Assembly: GCA_022824835.1 (NCBI GenBank)
Contig: JAJDZB010000074.1
Coordinates: 13,260-77,259 of the forward strand
Source of the DNA: Candidatus Poribacteria bacterium
Lineage (GTDB): Bacteria; Poribacteria; WGA-4E; WGA-3G
DNA length: 64,000 nt
Reading direction: 5' to 3'
The position numbers were made by a program, and so were the translations under genes. Positions within the stretch are counted from its first letter, which is position 1; every line of letters begins with the position of its first letter. Below the pieces are notes generated by a model. The model searched no databases and had not been told where the DNA came from. It saw only the letters and a list, made by a program, of their open reading frames with translations. Shown here in pieces: positions 48,417 to 57,842 of the stretch.

Positions 48417-50303
48417 TTAGAACACCCAAACTGCCATCTGTCCTGCTTCCCGATTGCACCATGCATAATAAGGAATTGCAGTAACATCTGTCTGTTTCAC
48501 ATTCGGTTCTGAAAGATATAGGTTATTATCCCAATCGGTGGGATCATATACTGTACCTGTGCCGCGAATTACCGTGATGCCACCAAGAAGTGTACTGTCA
48601 AATACCGCTTCCATATAACCGCTCTTAGCAAGCGATAACGTCTCGAAAGCACTATCCGGATTGTCAATATCCTCAAAGCAGTAAACAAGTGGGCCGCGCC
48701 GTAATGCTAACCTCCCAAGATTCTCTCTGACATAAGGGTGTGCGTAAACCCGTTCTACTGGCATGTCTAAGTTCAATGCCACACTATCGTCTGCCTTCCA
48801 CGTTCTATCAATTGAAAGATAACCGTTAGCACCGACAGTTGCACGTTGTGTTTCACCATTGATGCTCAGATCAAATTTGCCACACCAATCAGGAATCCGT
48901 AAATTCAGATTAAACTTTACCGGTTTCTCAGGTTGAATAGTTATCTTTACGTCTCCAGACCACGGATAATCTGTTGCTTGTGTCAATTTCACGGGAACAT
49001 CTGCTACTGTTGCCTCAGCAGTACCTCCGACATATAAGTTTACCCACAGGTCTGCTTCAGATTGTGCATAGATGTATTGTCCGAGGGAACCGATCAGTCG
49101 TGCGATGTTCGGAGGACAGCATGCACATCCAAACCACGCATGACGATGTCTGCCACCGCGACTCGCTAACGGATTCTGATAGAAGAAATCTGTGCCTTCA
49201 AGCGAAATACCTGATAATGCCCCGTTGTATAGAGCCGTTTCCAACACATCAACATATCGTGACTCACCCTTCAGCAGGAACATCCGATGTGCCCAAAATA
49301 TTAATCCGACTGATGCACACGTTTCGGCGTAAGCGGAGAAATTAGGTAATTCATAGTCTTGTGTGAAACCTTCATTGTGCCCTGATGGTCCTACGCCACC
49401 AGTGACATAAAGCCGCTTTTCCACATTTTGCCATAAGGCATCCAGTGTAGTTGCAATACCGTGGTTCCCAGTTTCAGCTGCGATGTCTGCAGCACCGGCA
49501 TAGAGATACATGGCACGCACTGCATGTCCCACACATTCAGTCTGTTCATGCATCGGTAGATGATCTTGAGAATAAGTCCCTTCATATTTATCATCTCGGG
49601 TGTAGTGATGTTTATATGCACCGAGCCCACCCGGGAGGTCAGGGTTTTCCATTTCCTTTTCAAAAACAGAAGGTCTTTGTCCGCGTGTTGTAACAAAATA
49701 ATCTGCAAGCGACATATAACGTGTTTCACCTGTTGCACGTGCCAATTTGACTAAAGCGAGTTCAATGCCTTGATGCCCAGGAAGCCCCGCACGCTTACCG
49801 TGTCCAAACGTATTGTCAATGAGATCAGCAAAACGACATGCCACATCAAGTAATTTCTGTTGTCCAGTTGCTTGATAGTGAGCGACACCTGCTTCAAAGA
49901 GATGTCCTGCACAATACAACTCGTGCATCATACCCAAATTCTGCCATCTCTTTTCGGGTTCAACTAACGTGAAATAGGAGTTGAGATAACCATCGGGTTG
50001 TTGACTTTTAGCAATTGTATCTATCACTTCATCTAATTCGGATTCCCATTTTGGATTTGGATGTGTCTGCAATGTATAGGACGCAGCTTCCACCAATTTA
50101 TGTACATCCGAATCGTTGAAGAAGATACCCTCAAAATTGCCGGATTCTAACTTGGCGGCTTTTGCAAAGTTACTGATTCTACCGGTTGTTCGACACTGAT
50201 GAAGTTCGTGTGGGATCGTTTTCTCTGAATTTGTTGCCTGTCGGGGTGACCAGAAACGATCTGTTATTGTTACATCATTAAATGGTATTGCTTTCAAACT
50301 CAT
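48417..50303 (-). CDS. Glycoside hydrolase family 127-like (DUF1680, beta-L-arabinofuranosidase-type)
   Basis: About 630 aa, with the Cys-rich motif WFGCACCPPNIARL characteristic of GH127. The start at MSLKAIPF is coupled, by an ATGA overlap, to the stop of the upstream oxidoreductase gene. Confidence 0.6.
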   Translation of the reverse strand: MSLKAIPFNDVTITDRFWSPRQATNSEKTIPHELHQCRTTGRISNFAKAAKLESGNFEGIFFNDSDVHKLVEAASYTLQTHPNPKWESELDEVIDTIAKSQQPDGYLNSYFTLVEPEKRWQNLGMMHELYCAGHLFEAGVAHYQATGQQKLLDVACRFADLIDNTFGHGKRAGLPGHQGIELALVKLARATGETRYMSLADYFVTTRGQRPSVFEKEMENPDLPGGLGAYKHHYTRDDKYEGTYSQDHLPMHEQTECVGHAVRAMYLYAGAADIAAETGNHGIATTLDALWQNVEKRLYVTGGVGPSGHNEGFTQDYELPNFSAYAETCASVGLIFWAHRMFLLKGESRYVDVLETALYNGALSGISLEGTDFFYQNPLASRGGRHRHAWFGCACCPPNIARLIGSLGQYIYAQSEADLWVNLYVGGTAEATVADVPVKLTQATDYPWSGDVKITIQPEKPVKFNLNLRIPDWCGKFDLSINGETQRATVGANGYLSIDRTWKADDSVALNLDMPVERVYAHPYVRENLGRLALRRGPLVYCFEDIDNPDSAFETLSLAKSGYMEAVFDSTLLGGITVIRGTGTVYDPTDWDNNLYLSEPNVKQTDVTAIPYYAWCNREAGQMAVWVF

Positions 50304-51319
50304 ATTCTTACAGCGACCTCCCTTTTTTCTTTCCATGAGGTAACGATAGCTTCTGTAATCCGTAGTGCTTGTAAGCCGTCTCTACCTGTAGGTACTGGTG
50401 TGCGGTCATTGAGTAAATCATCAACCAATGCAGCCATGCGTAGTGCAAAAGTGCCATCAAAAGCGAGTTGTTCCATACGGAAAATAGATGGTCGGTATTC
50501 TTCAACGACTTGATTGTCGCGCTTCATCAACGTTGCTTTACTGAGGACATTATCAACGACGATTTCGCCTGCGGATCCACATATTTCTAATCGTTCGATT
50601 GGGTGTATAAAATCGCTATCCCAACTTGCTAATAGTGTTGCTACGATCTCGGTTTCATATCGGAGTGAAATTGCCATACTTGTGTAGCATGCGTCTTCAC
50701 CTTCCCGTGCTTCGTGTTTTCTTGGTTTTGCCATTTCTGCACATACAGCGACGACTTCACCTCCGAACCACCGTAAGAGGTCGAGTGCGTGCGTCTGTAG
50801 TTCGTAGAGTAGATAGTACTCGCCTTTCCAAGTAGACGCAGGACCGCCTTGCGACAATTTCATATCCAGGTAATATATCTGTCCTATACTTTCGGCATCA
50901 AACCATTTTCTTGCTTGTACGTACCCTGGTGCGAATCGTCTATTATAATCTATGGCAAGATGAACCCCTTTTTCGTTAGCTTTTGCTACCATTTGTTCAG
51001 CTTCATCTATATCTAACGACAAAGGTTTTTCAGATATTACATGTTTACCGGCATCAAGACATTCCATTACAGGTTCAAAGTGCAAGTGATCAGCGGTTAC
51101 GACATCAACGAGGTCACATTCTTCATTCGCCAGCATTTCATTTATTGAGGGGTACCATCTTTCTAAACCGAGTTCTCTTGCGCGTGCTTCGGCTTTGGCG
51201 GTATCAATATCACATACTGCCACGAGTTCTGCACCTTGATGTTGTAGGTATCCCCTCTGATGTAATAACCCGATGCCACCACAACCTACTGCTGCGACTT
51301 TTAGCTTTCCTGCCATGTT
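50300..51319 (-). CDS. Gfo/Idh/MocA-family NAD(P)-dependent oxidoreductase
   Basis: MAGKLKVAAVGCGGIGLLH.. is a Rossmann N-terminus, and the C-terminal domain is typical of the family. Confidence 0.75.
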   Translation of the reverse strand, partial: NMAGKLKVAAVGCGGIGLLHQRGYLQHQGAELVAVCDIDTAKAEARARELGLERWYPSINEMLANEECDLVDVVTADHLHFEPVMECLDAGKHVISEKPLSLDIDEAEQMVAKANEKGVHLAIDYNRRFAPGYVQARKWFDAESIGQIYYLDMKLSQGGPASTWKGEYYLLYELQTHALDLLRWFGGEVVAVCAEMAKPRKHEAREGEDACYTSMAISLRYETEIVATLLASWDSDFIHPIERLEICGSAGEIVVDNVLSKATLMKRDNQVVEEYRPSIFRMEQLAFDGTFALRMAALVDDLLNDRTPVPTGRDGLQALRITEAIVTSWKEKREVAVRI

Positions 51320-51560
51320 CGTGTCCTCCTTGTGAGATATAAGAAGATTGGACAATTGCGTTAATTGAGTGACAGAAAACAGAAAAAAGGTTAATTCTTT
51401 AGCATAACAGATCTTATGAGTTGTCACCTCTCTACTAAATTTTTATATTATCAGATATATTGAGACATTGCAAGCATTTTATTTTTTATGGGTTTGTACT
51501 TTGAAGACCTTGACTAAGAAGATTCCTTTATAATTACCACCTTGCATTCCCTTTTTTTCT

Positions 51561-51589
51561 TTGACAAAAGTGAGTTCGGTTGGTATAAT
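51561..51589 (+). promoter_or_regulatory. Consensus sigma-70-type promoter TTGACA-N17-(TGg)TATAAT
   Basis: ttgaca at 51561-51566, a 17-nt spacer, and tataat at 51584-51589 preceded by tgg (extended -10). Confidence 0.4.
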
Positions 51590-51704
51590 TTACATAAGCC
51601 TTAAGTGCAACAGAAATATATCATTAAATTCACGATTTTTTTTGTTTAGCAATAAGGTTTTGGAGAGGAGCCCTGCCTCTCCTTTTCATTTGCAACTATT
51701 AGTA

Positions 51705-51934
51705 CTTACGCATTGCCCCCTTGAATGAAGTTAAAATAATACTTTTAGGTAATTTGGCGAGGTTAGGAAGAAATCAACGGTATGAATGACATTTAGTCAT
51801 TCCCCGGGTATGAATGCCATTTAGGCATTCCCCGCCTCGCCAGCAGTGGAGTGAACCTGCCTCCTGTGAACAAACAATTACCGAATTAATCACTTGATCC
51901 TCATTCAAGGGGGCTTTAAGAAAAAATGCGTAAG
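51705..51934. mobile_element. MITE family E (TIR CTTACGCATT ... AATGCGTAAG with internal CCCCCTTGA/TCAAGGGGG palindromes)
   Basis: A second copy lies at 21042-21165, and fragments at 55680-55720. Confidence 0.65.
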
Positions 51935-52112
51935 TCCTGTTTATTTTAAAGTTGCTTGACATTCAACCCGAATTTGTGCTAAAATTCGGCAAATGGAGGG
52001 AAAAAAAATAGAACATACAACCCGAATTGAATCGAAAATCTAAAAGATCTACATTTTGCAGAAGCAGGAGTTAATAGCTGCGATAAAAGACAATGCTAAG
52101 GGAGATCGTAAA

Positions 52113-52973
52113 ATGGCTCACGTTTGGAGAAAAAAACACAAAAACGGCAGTAGAATCCTGGATAAGTTTTACACGAAACAGGAAGTCGTCACAAAGTGTT
52201 TAGATGAAGTAAATAAATTACCTTACAGCTACGATTGTGTGATAGAACCCTCTGCGGGGAATGGTGCTTTTTACAAAAATATCAAACATGACACCAAAAT
52301 AGGAATCGATATTGATCCGCAACATGATGAGATTATCAAAGGAGATTGGTTCAATTACAGTATTAGTGAAGTGTACGAGCGCGTATTGATCATAGGGAAT
52401 CCGCCGTTTGGTCAATATCAAAAGTTATCTTCAAATTTTATATCTCATGCCCTCTCATTTAGTAATGTCCAAACAATTGCTTTTATTTTACCAGATGTGT
52501 ATAGAAAACATACGCGGCAAAAAATACTGCCTTATAATTGGCGAATAGTCTCCATCACTGAATTAGGAAGGGACTGTTTTACATTAGAAGGGAAGACATA
52601 TCATGTTCCCGCAAGTTTCTTCGTTTTTGATAAATCAGAGGGAAAAGACCTAAGAGTTAATCCGAATGCATACACAGAAACGAATGATTTTGAATTCTCA
52701 AATAAAGATAATTTTGACATATTTGTATTTGGGTCTTCTCCAAGAAGAATTACAAAAACGCCAACACCAAACAATCGAGGCTACTTCCTTAAATCAAAAA
52801 TTCCGGTAGAAGATTTAATATCTAAAATCAGAGCAGTTGATTGGAATGGAAATTCTTGTGCAAATGGCGGTGTATATTGGCTAACAAAATTTGAATTTTT
52901 GGACCAATATATAAAATGCCACGAGCCGAATAGAACGGAAGAAAGTCAGGGGAACTTGTTTGAACTCCTTTAG
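52113..52973 (+). CDS. Type II N6-adenine DNA methyltransferase (gamma-class order: motif I before motif IV)
   Basis: KFYTKQEVV.. is the family N-terminus. Motif I is IEPSAGNGAFY and motif IV IIGNPPFG. ATG 52113 with the AAGGGAG RBS is preferred over TTG 52056. Confidence 0.7.
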   Translation: MAHVWRKKHKNGSRILDKFYTKQEVVTKCLDEVNKLPYSYDCVIEPSAGNGAFYKNIKHDTKIGIDIDPQHDEIIKGDWFNYSISEVYERVLIIGNPPFGQYQKLSSNFISHALSFSNVQTIAFILPDVYRKHTRQKILPYNWRIVSITELGRDCFTLEGKTYHVPASFFVFDKSEGKDLRVNPNAYTETNDFEFSNKDNFDIFVFGSSPRRITKTPTPNNRGYFLKSKIPVEDLISKIRAVDWNGNSCANGGVYWLTKFEFLDQYIKCHEPNRTEESQGNLFELL

Positions 52974-52993
52974 GTTAATCATGTGCAAATGCT

Positions 52994-53578
52994 ATGAACC
53001 AGAAAGAATTAAATAAAACGATAAGTTTCGTCTTGGAGAATATAGATAACAGCAGGATTGTGCTGAATAGCGTAGCAAGGATTAGGGATCAATTAATTGA
53101 TCTAACCCTTGAGAAAAAAGAAATCTCTGAACTGGACTTCTACAAAATAAGTAGCGTTCTGTCCACACAAGCAAGGAGTCCATTGTGGGAAAACTATTTC
53201 ATCAAAAAGCACGATTGTCAAAGAGTGAATAAAAGTGAGGATAGAGGGGATTTTAAGAAGAACGGCAGATTCTATGAGTATAAAAGTTCTGGTTACAATC
53301 TCAGTAATTCTGTCCATCTTCTTCAAATTAGACCGTGGCAGGATTGTGATTACATTATTGAGTCAATCTCCGATGATGGGGCGACCACATTTGTATTAAC
53401 GCATGCAGAAATGATGTTAGAAATGAAAAGATTGAAAGCTTCTCCTGCCCATGGAACTAAAGAAGTTGTAGCGGATAATACAAAAATAGAATACATGATG
53501 ACTGTAGAAAGAGGTTCTATCGATTGGGATAGGTGGATTAACAACTATCGCAAAGATGTTGATATTTTTCAACCGTAA
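52994..53578 (+). CDS. Hypothetical protein; candidate cognate restriction endonuclease. A PD-(D/E)xK-like ..GDFKKNGRFYEYK.. is possible.
   Basis: It is co-oriented with the methyltransferase, 20 bp downstream. I see no recognisable domain. REase genes are typically orphan sequences. Confidence 0.35.
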   Translation: MNQKELNKTISFVLENIDNSRIVLNSVARIRDQLIDLTLEKKEISELDFYKISSVLSTQARSPLWENYFIKKHDCQRVNKSEDRGDFKKNGRFYEYKSSGYNLSNSVHLLQIRPWQDCDYIIESISDDGATTFVLTHAEMMLEMKRLKASPAHGTKEVVADNTKIEYMMTVERGSIDWDRWINNYRKDVDIFQP

Positions 53579-53588
53579 TAAGACTTCC

Positions 53589-53712
53589 GGGTGTGTAAGT
53601 ATTTTGGCACTTTTTTTCATAAGAGACGGCACTCGGAGAGTGCCTACTACTATTAAGAGCTTATGAAATCACAAAACTCATACTTATATTGACAATAACT
53701 TTACACACCCAT
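53589..53712. repeat. MITE family D full copy
   Basis: GGGTGTGTAAGTATTTTGGCAC...GGCACTCGGAGAGTGCC...ctttacacaccc. Confidence 0.7.
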
Positions 53713-53759
53713 TTGCGGATGGGTGTTTGAAAAAGTTAAGCCGGTAAGGTAATAAATTA

Positions 53760-55565
53760 TTACCGGATCTTCGCTTGTCCCTTATACTGAAGTTGATATA
53801 GCCGATAATAGATGCCTCCTTTTTGGAGCAATTCATTATGATTGCCGGTCTCGCGTATCTCACCGCGGTGCATCACAATAATCCTGTCTGCATTTTGGAT
53901 TGTAGAGAGTCTGTGTGCAATAACGACGGATGTGCGATCTTGCATCAGACGACTTAACGCATCTTCAATCAATAGTTCCGTTTCAGTGTCGACGCTTGAT
54001 GTGGCTTCATCAAGAACTAAGATGCTAGGATCGGAAGCTAATGCACGTGCAAATGCGACTAACTGTTTCTGTCCTACGGATAATCCTGCTCCATCTTCTT
54101 TGATCTCAGTTCTATAGATATCAGGCATTTTCTGGACGAAACGGTCTAAATGTACATCTTTGGATGCATTTACTATCTGTTCATCTGTTATTGAGGGGTC
54201 TCCTAAACTGATATTACGTTCAATTGTATCAGAGAATAGAAATATGTTCTGTTGTACGATACTGATTGCACTACGTAGTTCTTCCAAATTCATCTTTTGG
54301 ATGTCTACACCGTCAATCAGGATTTGTCCTTTGTTAATTTCATAGAATCGGCATAGCAGATTGATGATAGTGGTTTTACCTGCTCCTGTATGTCCAACAA
54401 GTGCGACCTTTTCACCCGGTTTAACCCTGAACGATACATCTTTTAAGATATAATCTTCGTCATTGTATGCAAACCAGACGTTTTGAAATTCTATTTCACC
54501 TTTGAGTGTATCAATTCCACGTTTGTCGGTTGTTGAGACAATACTCGGTTCTGTGTCCAGCAACTGAAAGATCCGCTCTGATGATGCCATTGCATTTTGG
54601 AAGATTGTGTATTTCTCGCTGAGTTCTCTGATGGGCCAAAAGAACCTTTCTGCTAATTGGATGAACGCCACTAATGTGCCAAATGATAACGCGCCCTGAA
54701 CAATCTGTCCGCCTCCATACCAGATGATAACAGCTGTCGCAAGTGATGCTGTGACTTCAATCAGTGGATGGAAGATAGAAAAGTAAAAGATACTGCGAAG
54801 GTTTGCTGCCAAGTATCTCCTGTTCCGTTCGTTAAAACGGAGATGACTACGCCGTTCTTGAGCGAACAGTTTCATCGTTGTCATACCGACAATGTTCTCT
54901 TGCAAGAATGCGTTGATGCGTGCATACTGTTTGCGTTGTTCACGAAAAGCGCGTCGTGAGTAGATCTGATAGATGAGTGTTGCACCGAAAATTATCGGTA
55001 TAACAGTAAACGCAACACACGCAAGTTTCCAGTTGTAGATCAACATTGCTACTACAATCCCCAGAATACTCAACAGATTCCCGAAGGATGTAATGACCCC
55101 CGATGTAAAGAGTTCATTGAGAACCTGTACATCACCCATCACCCGCGTCATTAGGCGTCCGACTGGGTTTTTGTCGAAATACTGCACATCCAAACGTTGT
55201 AGATGTGAGAATAGAGTCTGTCGGAGGTCACGCATCACATGTTGTCCGACCATTAACTGGCGGTATTCCTCAAAATAGGCGAAGACAAACTCACCCACCA
55301 AACTCAGGACAAACAAGCCTGCAAAGAAACTTAGACCGTCTAATTCACCCGGAATAATATGCCGATCAATAGCCATCTGAATTATAATGGGACCGGCTAA
55401 ACGGGATAGTGTTGTGCCTATCATAAAGATAGCGATGACGAGTAATTGAAATTTGTACGGTTTGAGGTATTGAAGCAGTCGCTTCATCAAGACTCGGTCA
55501 TACACCTTTCCGAGTTCCTGTTCCTCATCGCTATATTCATGGAGTTCTCTACCCATTCCAAACAT
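53760..55565 (-). CDS. ABC exporter, fused permease/ATPase subunit (type I exporter half-transporter)
   Basis: 6 TM helices. Walker A GHTGAGKTT, signature LSVGQKQ, Walker B ILVLDEATS. ATG 55565 has an RBS. Confidence 0.85.
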   Translation of the reverse strand: MFGMGRELHEYSDEEQELGKVYDRVLMKRLLQYLKPYKFQLLVIAIFMIGTTLSRLAGPIIIQMAIDRHIIPGELDGLSFFAGLFVLSLVGEFVFAYFEEYRQLMVGQHVMRDLRQTLFSHLQRLDVQYFDKNPVGRLMTRVMGDVQVLNELFTSGVITSFGNLLSILGIVVAMLIYNWKLACVAFTVIPIIFGATLIYQIYSRRAFREQRKQYARINAFLQENIVGMTTMKLFAQERRSHLRFNERNRRYLAANLRSIFYFSIFHPLIEVTASLATAVIIWYGGGQIVQGALSFGTLVAFIQLAERFFWPIRELSEKYTIFQNAMASSERIFQLLDTEPSIVSTTDKRGIDTLKGEIEFQNVWFAYNDEDYILKDVSFRVKPGEKVALVGHTGAGKTTIINLLCRFYEINKGQILIDGVDIQKMNLEELRSAISIVQQNIFLFSDTIERNISLGDPSITDEQIVNASKDVHLDRFVQKMPDIYRTEIKEDGAGLSVGQKQLVAFARALASDPSILVLDEATSSVDTETELLIEDALSRLMQDRTSVVIAHRLSTIQNADRIIVMHRGEIRETGNHNELLQKGGIYYRLYQLQYKGQAKIR

Positions 55566-55718
55566 TTTGATATTTCCTTCTATATAGTGAAATCTATAGT
55601 TACTTTTACATCCCCGGTAGGTGCGGTTTCCTAACCGCACGGGTATTCTCGGATCCAGGGCGGTTAGAAACCGCACCTACCGGAGGAGTGCGTAAGTCCT
55701 TTATAATGCGTAAGTCCT

Positions 55719-57482
55719 TTATAATTCATCAAGTTCATCCTGTAACAGTTGTGTTTCATAGATTCCAGCGTATATTCCGTTTTTCTTTAGCAACTGGTCG
55801 TGCGTGCCTGATTCGACGATGCTCCCATCATTTAGGACGACGATGTTATCTGCTGCCTTTACTGTTGATATCCTGTGTGAGATGAGGATAGTTGTCCGAT
55901 CTTTCATAATCTCGTCAAGTCGGTTGAGTATTGTGTCTTCTGTCTGTGTATCAACATTCGCAAAGGCATCATCAAGTATAAGGATTTTGGGTTTAATTAG
56001 GATGGCTCTTGCGAGTGCGCTGCGTTGACGTTGTCCGCCTGAGATCGTAATGCCGCGTTCACCGAGAAAAGTTTGTAAACCGTCAGGGAATTCTTCAATC
56101 TGTGATAGCAGATCGGATGTGTGTGCAGCATCTCTGATCTCTTCGTCATCTGGTGTCTCAACACCGTAAGCGATGTTATTCCGTAGATAGTCCGAGAACA
56201 GAAATGGTTCCTGTTCTACAAAACCGATATTAGACCGAAGCACGTTTAAGGGTATATCCTGTATATCTACGCCATCAATAAAGATAGTGCCTCGTTCTGA
56301 TTGTCGGATACGCGGGATGAGATTAACAAGGGTGGATTTTCCTGAACCTGTTCCGCCAACGATCGCGAGTGTTGTTCCCTGTTCAACCTTCAAATTGACG
56401 TTCTTTAACACGGGAGAACCGCCGTTGTAAGCAAAGTTAAGGTTGCGGAATTCTATCTCTCCTTTGATGTTTTTTATATTCCATTTGACACTTTCACCAT
56501 CAATTATCTCAGGTTCTTCAGTGAGGATCGTATTCATACGATCCATTGATGCAGCACCCCGTTCGAATGTGTTGACAATAAACCCCAGCATTATCATCGG
56601 ACGGACCAACATTAATAGATATGCGTTGAAAGCGATAAATTCACCGAATGTTATTTCCTGTTGAATGACGAGTAGTCCTCCCATCCAGAGAAGGACTACT
56701 CTACCAATTCCAGGGAGAAATCGGAACAGTGGAAAGAAAAAAGTCATCAAGCGGATCTGTTTATGATTACTGTTGACAAATTCTTGATTGAGTTCCCTAA
56801 AATGTTCAACTTCATTTGTTTCAAGAGTGTAGGCTTTAACGACCCGCACACCGGATAAGTTCTCTTGAACCTTTGTATTCATTGTTGAGAAGGCTTCCTG
56901 AATTCCTTCATAGTGCGTATGCAGCCGTTTTCCGAGTAATCGGATGATTATTGCGAGTATCGGATATGGCAGCAGAGCGACCAGAGTCAGTGTAACATCA
57001 ATCTGTAGCATAATGAGAAGTGCCAAACCGAAAAACACGATTGCATCGGCAGTATACATGATTGCACTGCTGAGGACCATCCGAATAGCATTGAGGTCAC
57101 TGGTTGCTCTTGTCATCAAGTCGCCAGTACGGACATTGTCATAATAAGATGCTGATAGTTTTTGAAGATGGAGGAAAAAGTCGGCGCGAAGATGAAACTC
57201 AATCTTTCGTGCAACACCTTGAATGGTACGTCTCTGGAAAAAACGGATAATACCACCTACAAGAGCAACACTGAGAATAAGCGTGGCAAAAAACAGAATC
57301 CTACCACTTGATAATGTGATATTTGTGTCTCTAAAACTGCGTTCTAACGCATCAAATACTGCCTGCAAGATTTTAGGACTAATCAGCAGAAGTCCATTCG
57401 TTATCAGGACAAGAATGAAGCTCAATGTGATGGTGTATTTGTAACGTTTGACGTATTTTTTGAGACCGAATAGACTGCGAAT
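55719..57482 (-). CDS. ABC exporter, second fused permease/ATPase subunit (heterodimer partner)
   Basis: Walker A GGTGSGKST and signature ISGGQRQ. The first canonical start is TTG 57425, but the conserved N-terminal helix (IRSLFGLKKYVKRYKYTITL..) is encoded upstream of it, in frame. That points to initiation at ATT 57482-57480, which lies 8 nt after GGAGGA. Confidence 0.7.
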   Translation of the reverse strand: MRSLFGLKKYVKRYKYTITLSFILVLITNGLLLISPKILQAVFDALERSFRDTNITLSSGRILFFATLILSVALVGGIIRFFQRRTIQGVARKIEFHLRADFFLHLQKLSASYYDNVRTGDLMTRATSDLNAIRMVLSSAIMYTADAIVFFGLALLIMLQIDVTLTLVALLPYPILAIIIRLLGKRLHTHYEGIQEAFSTMNTKVQENLSGVRVVKAYTLETNEVEHFRELNQEFVNSNHKQIRLMTFFFPLFRFLPGIGRVVLLWMGGLLVIQQEITFGEFIAFNAYLLMLVRPMIMLGFIVNTFERGAASMDRMNTILTEEPEIIDGESVKWNIKNIKGEIEFRNLNFAYNGGSPVLKNVNLKVEQGTTLAIVGGTGSGKSTLVNLIPRIRQSERGTIFIDGVDIQDIPLNVLRSNIGFVEQEPFLFSDYLRNNIAYGVETPDDEEIRDAAHTSDLLSQIEEFPDGLQTFLGERGITISGGQRQRSALARAILIKPKILILDDAFANVDTQTEDTILNRLDEIMKDRTTILISHRISTVKAADNIVVLNDGSIVESGTHDQLLKKNGIYAGIYETQLLQDELDEL

Positions 57483-57702
57483 GGTAGGTTTCCTCCAGAA
57501 AATAGTCTGACCTATTCTGTGTCAAGCAGCTGTGCGTAGAATAGGTATTATGTTTTGACGTGAAAGTGTGCATGTTGTTTATATTCATTATTCATTTAAA
57601 AGATGCATCCGTAAATGTGTATAAGTGATTCTATAGAGTCTGTATGCAGTGAGTTTATATTTCAAGAGTTTCTTGTTAGTTTTACGCACATCAAAGTTTT
57701 TC

Positions 57703-57822
57703 AACGTGAGTTTGATAATAGGTATATGAACTTCTTTTCCGAAAATACTACTTTCATAGACCCGGTAGGTGCGGTTTCCTAACCGCACCGAATACAATAA
57801 TTTGATTTATCAAACCCACGTT
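57703..57822. mobile_element. MITE family A copy
   Basis: aacgtgagtttgataa...ggtaggtgcggtttcctaaccgcacc...ttatcaaacccacgtt. Confidence 0.7.
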
Positions 57823-57842
57823 TTTTAATAAGAGGAGAATAT

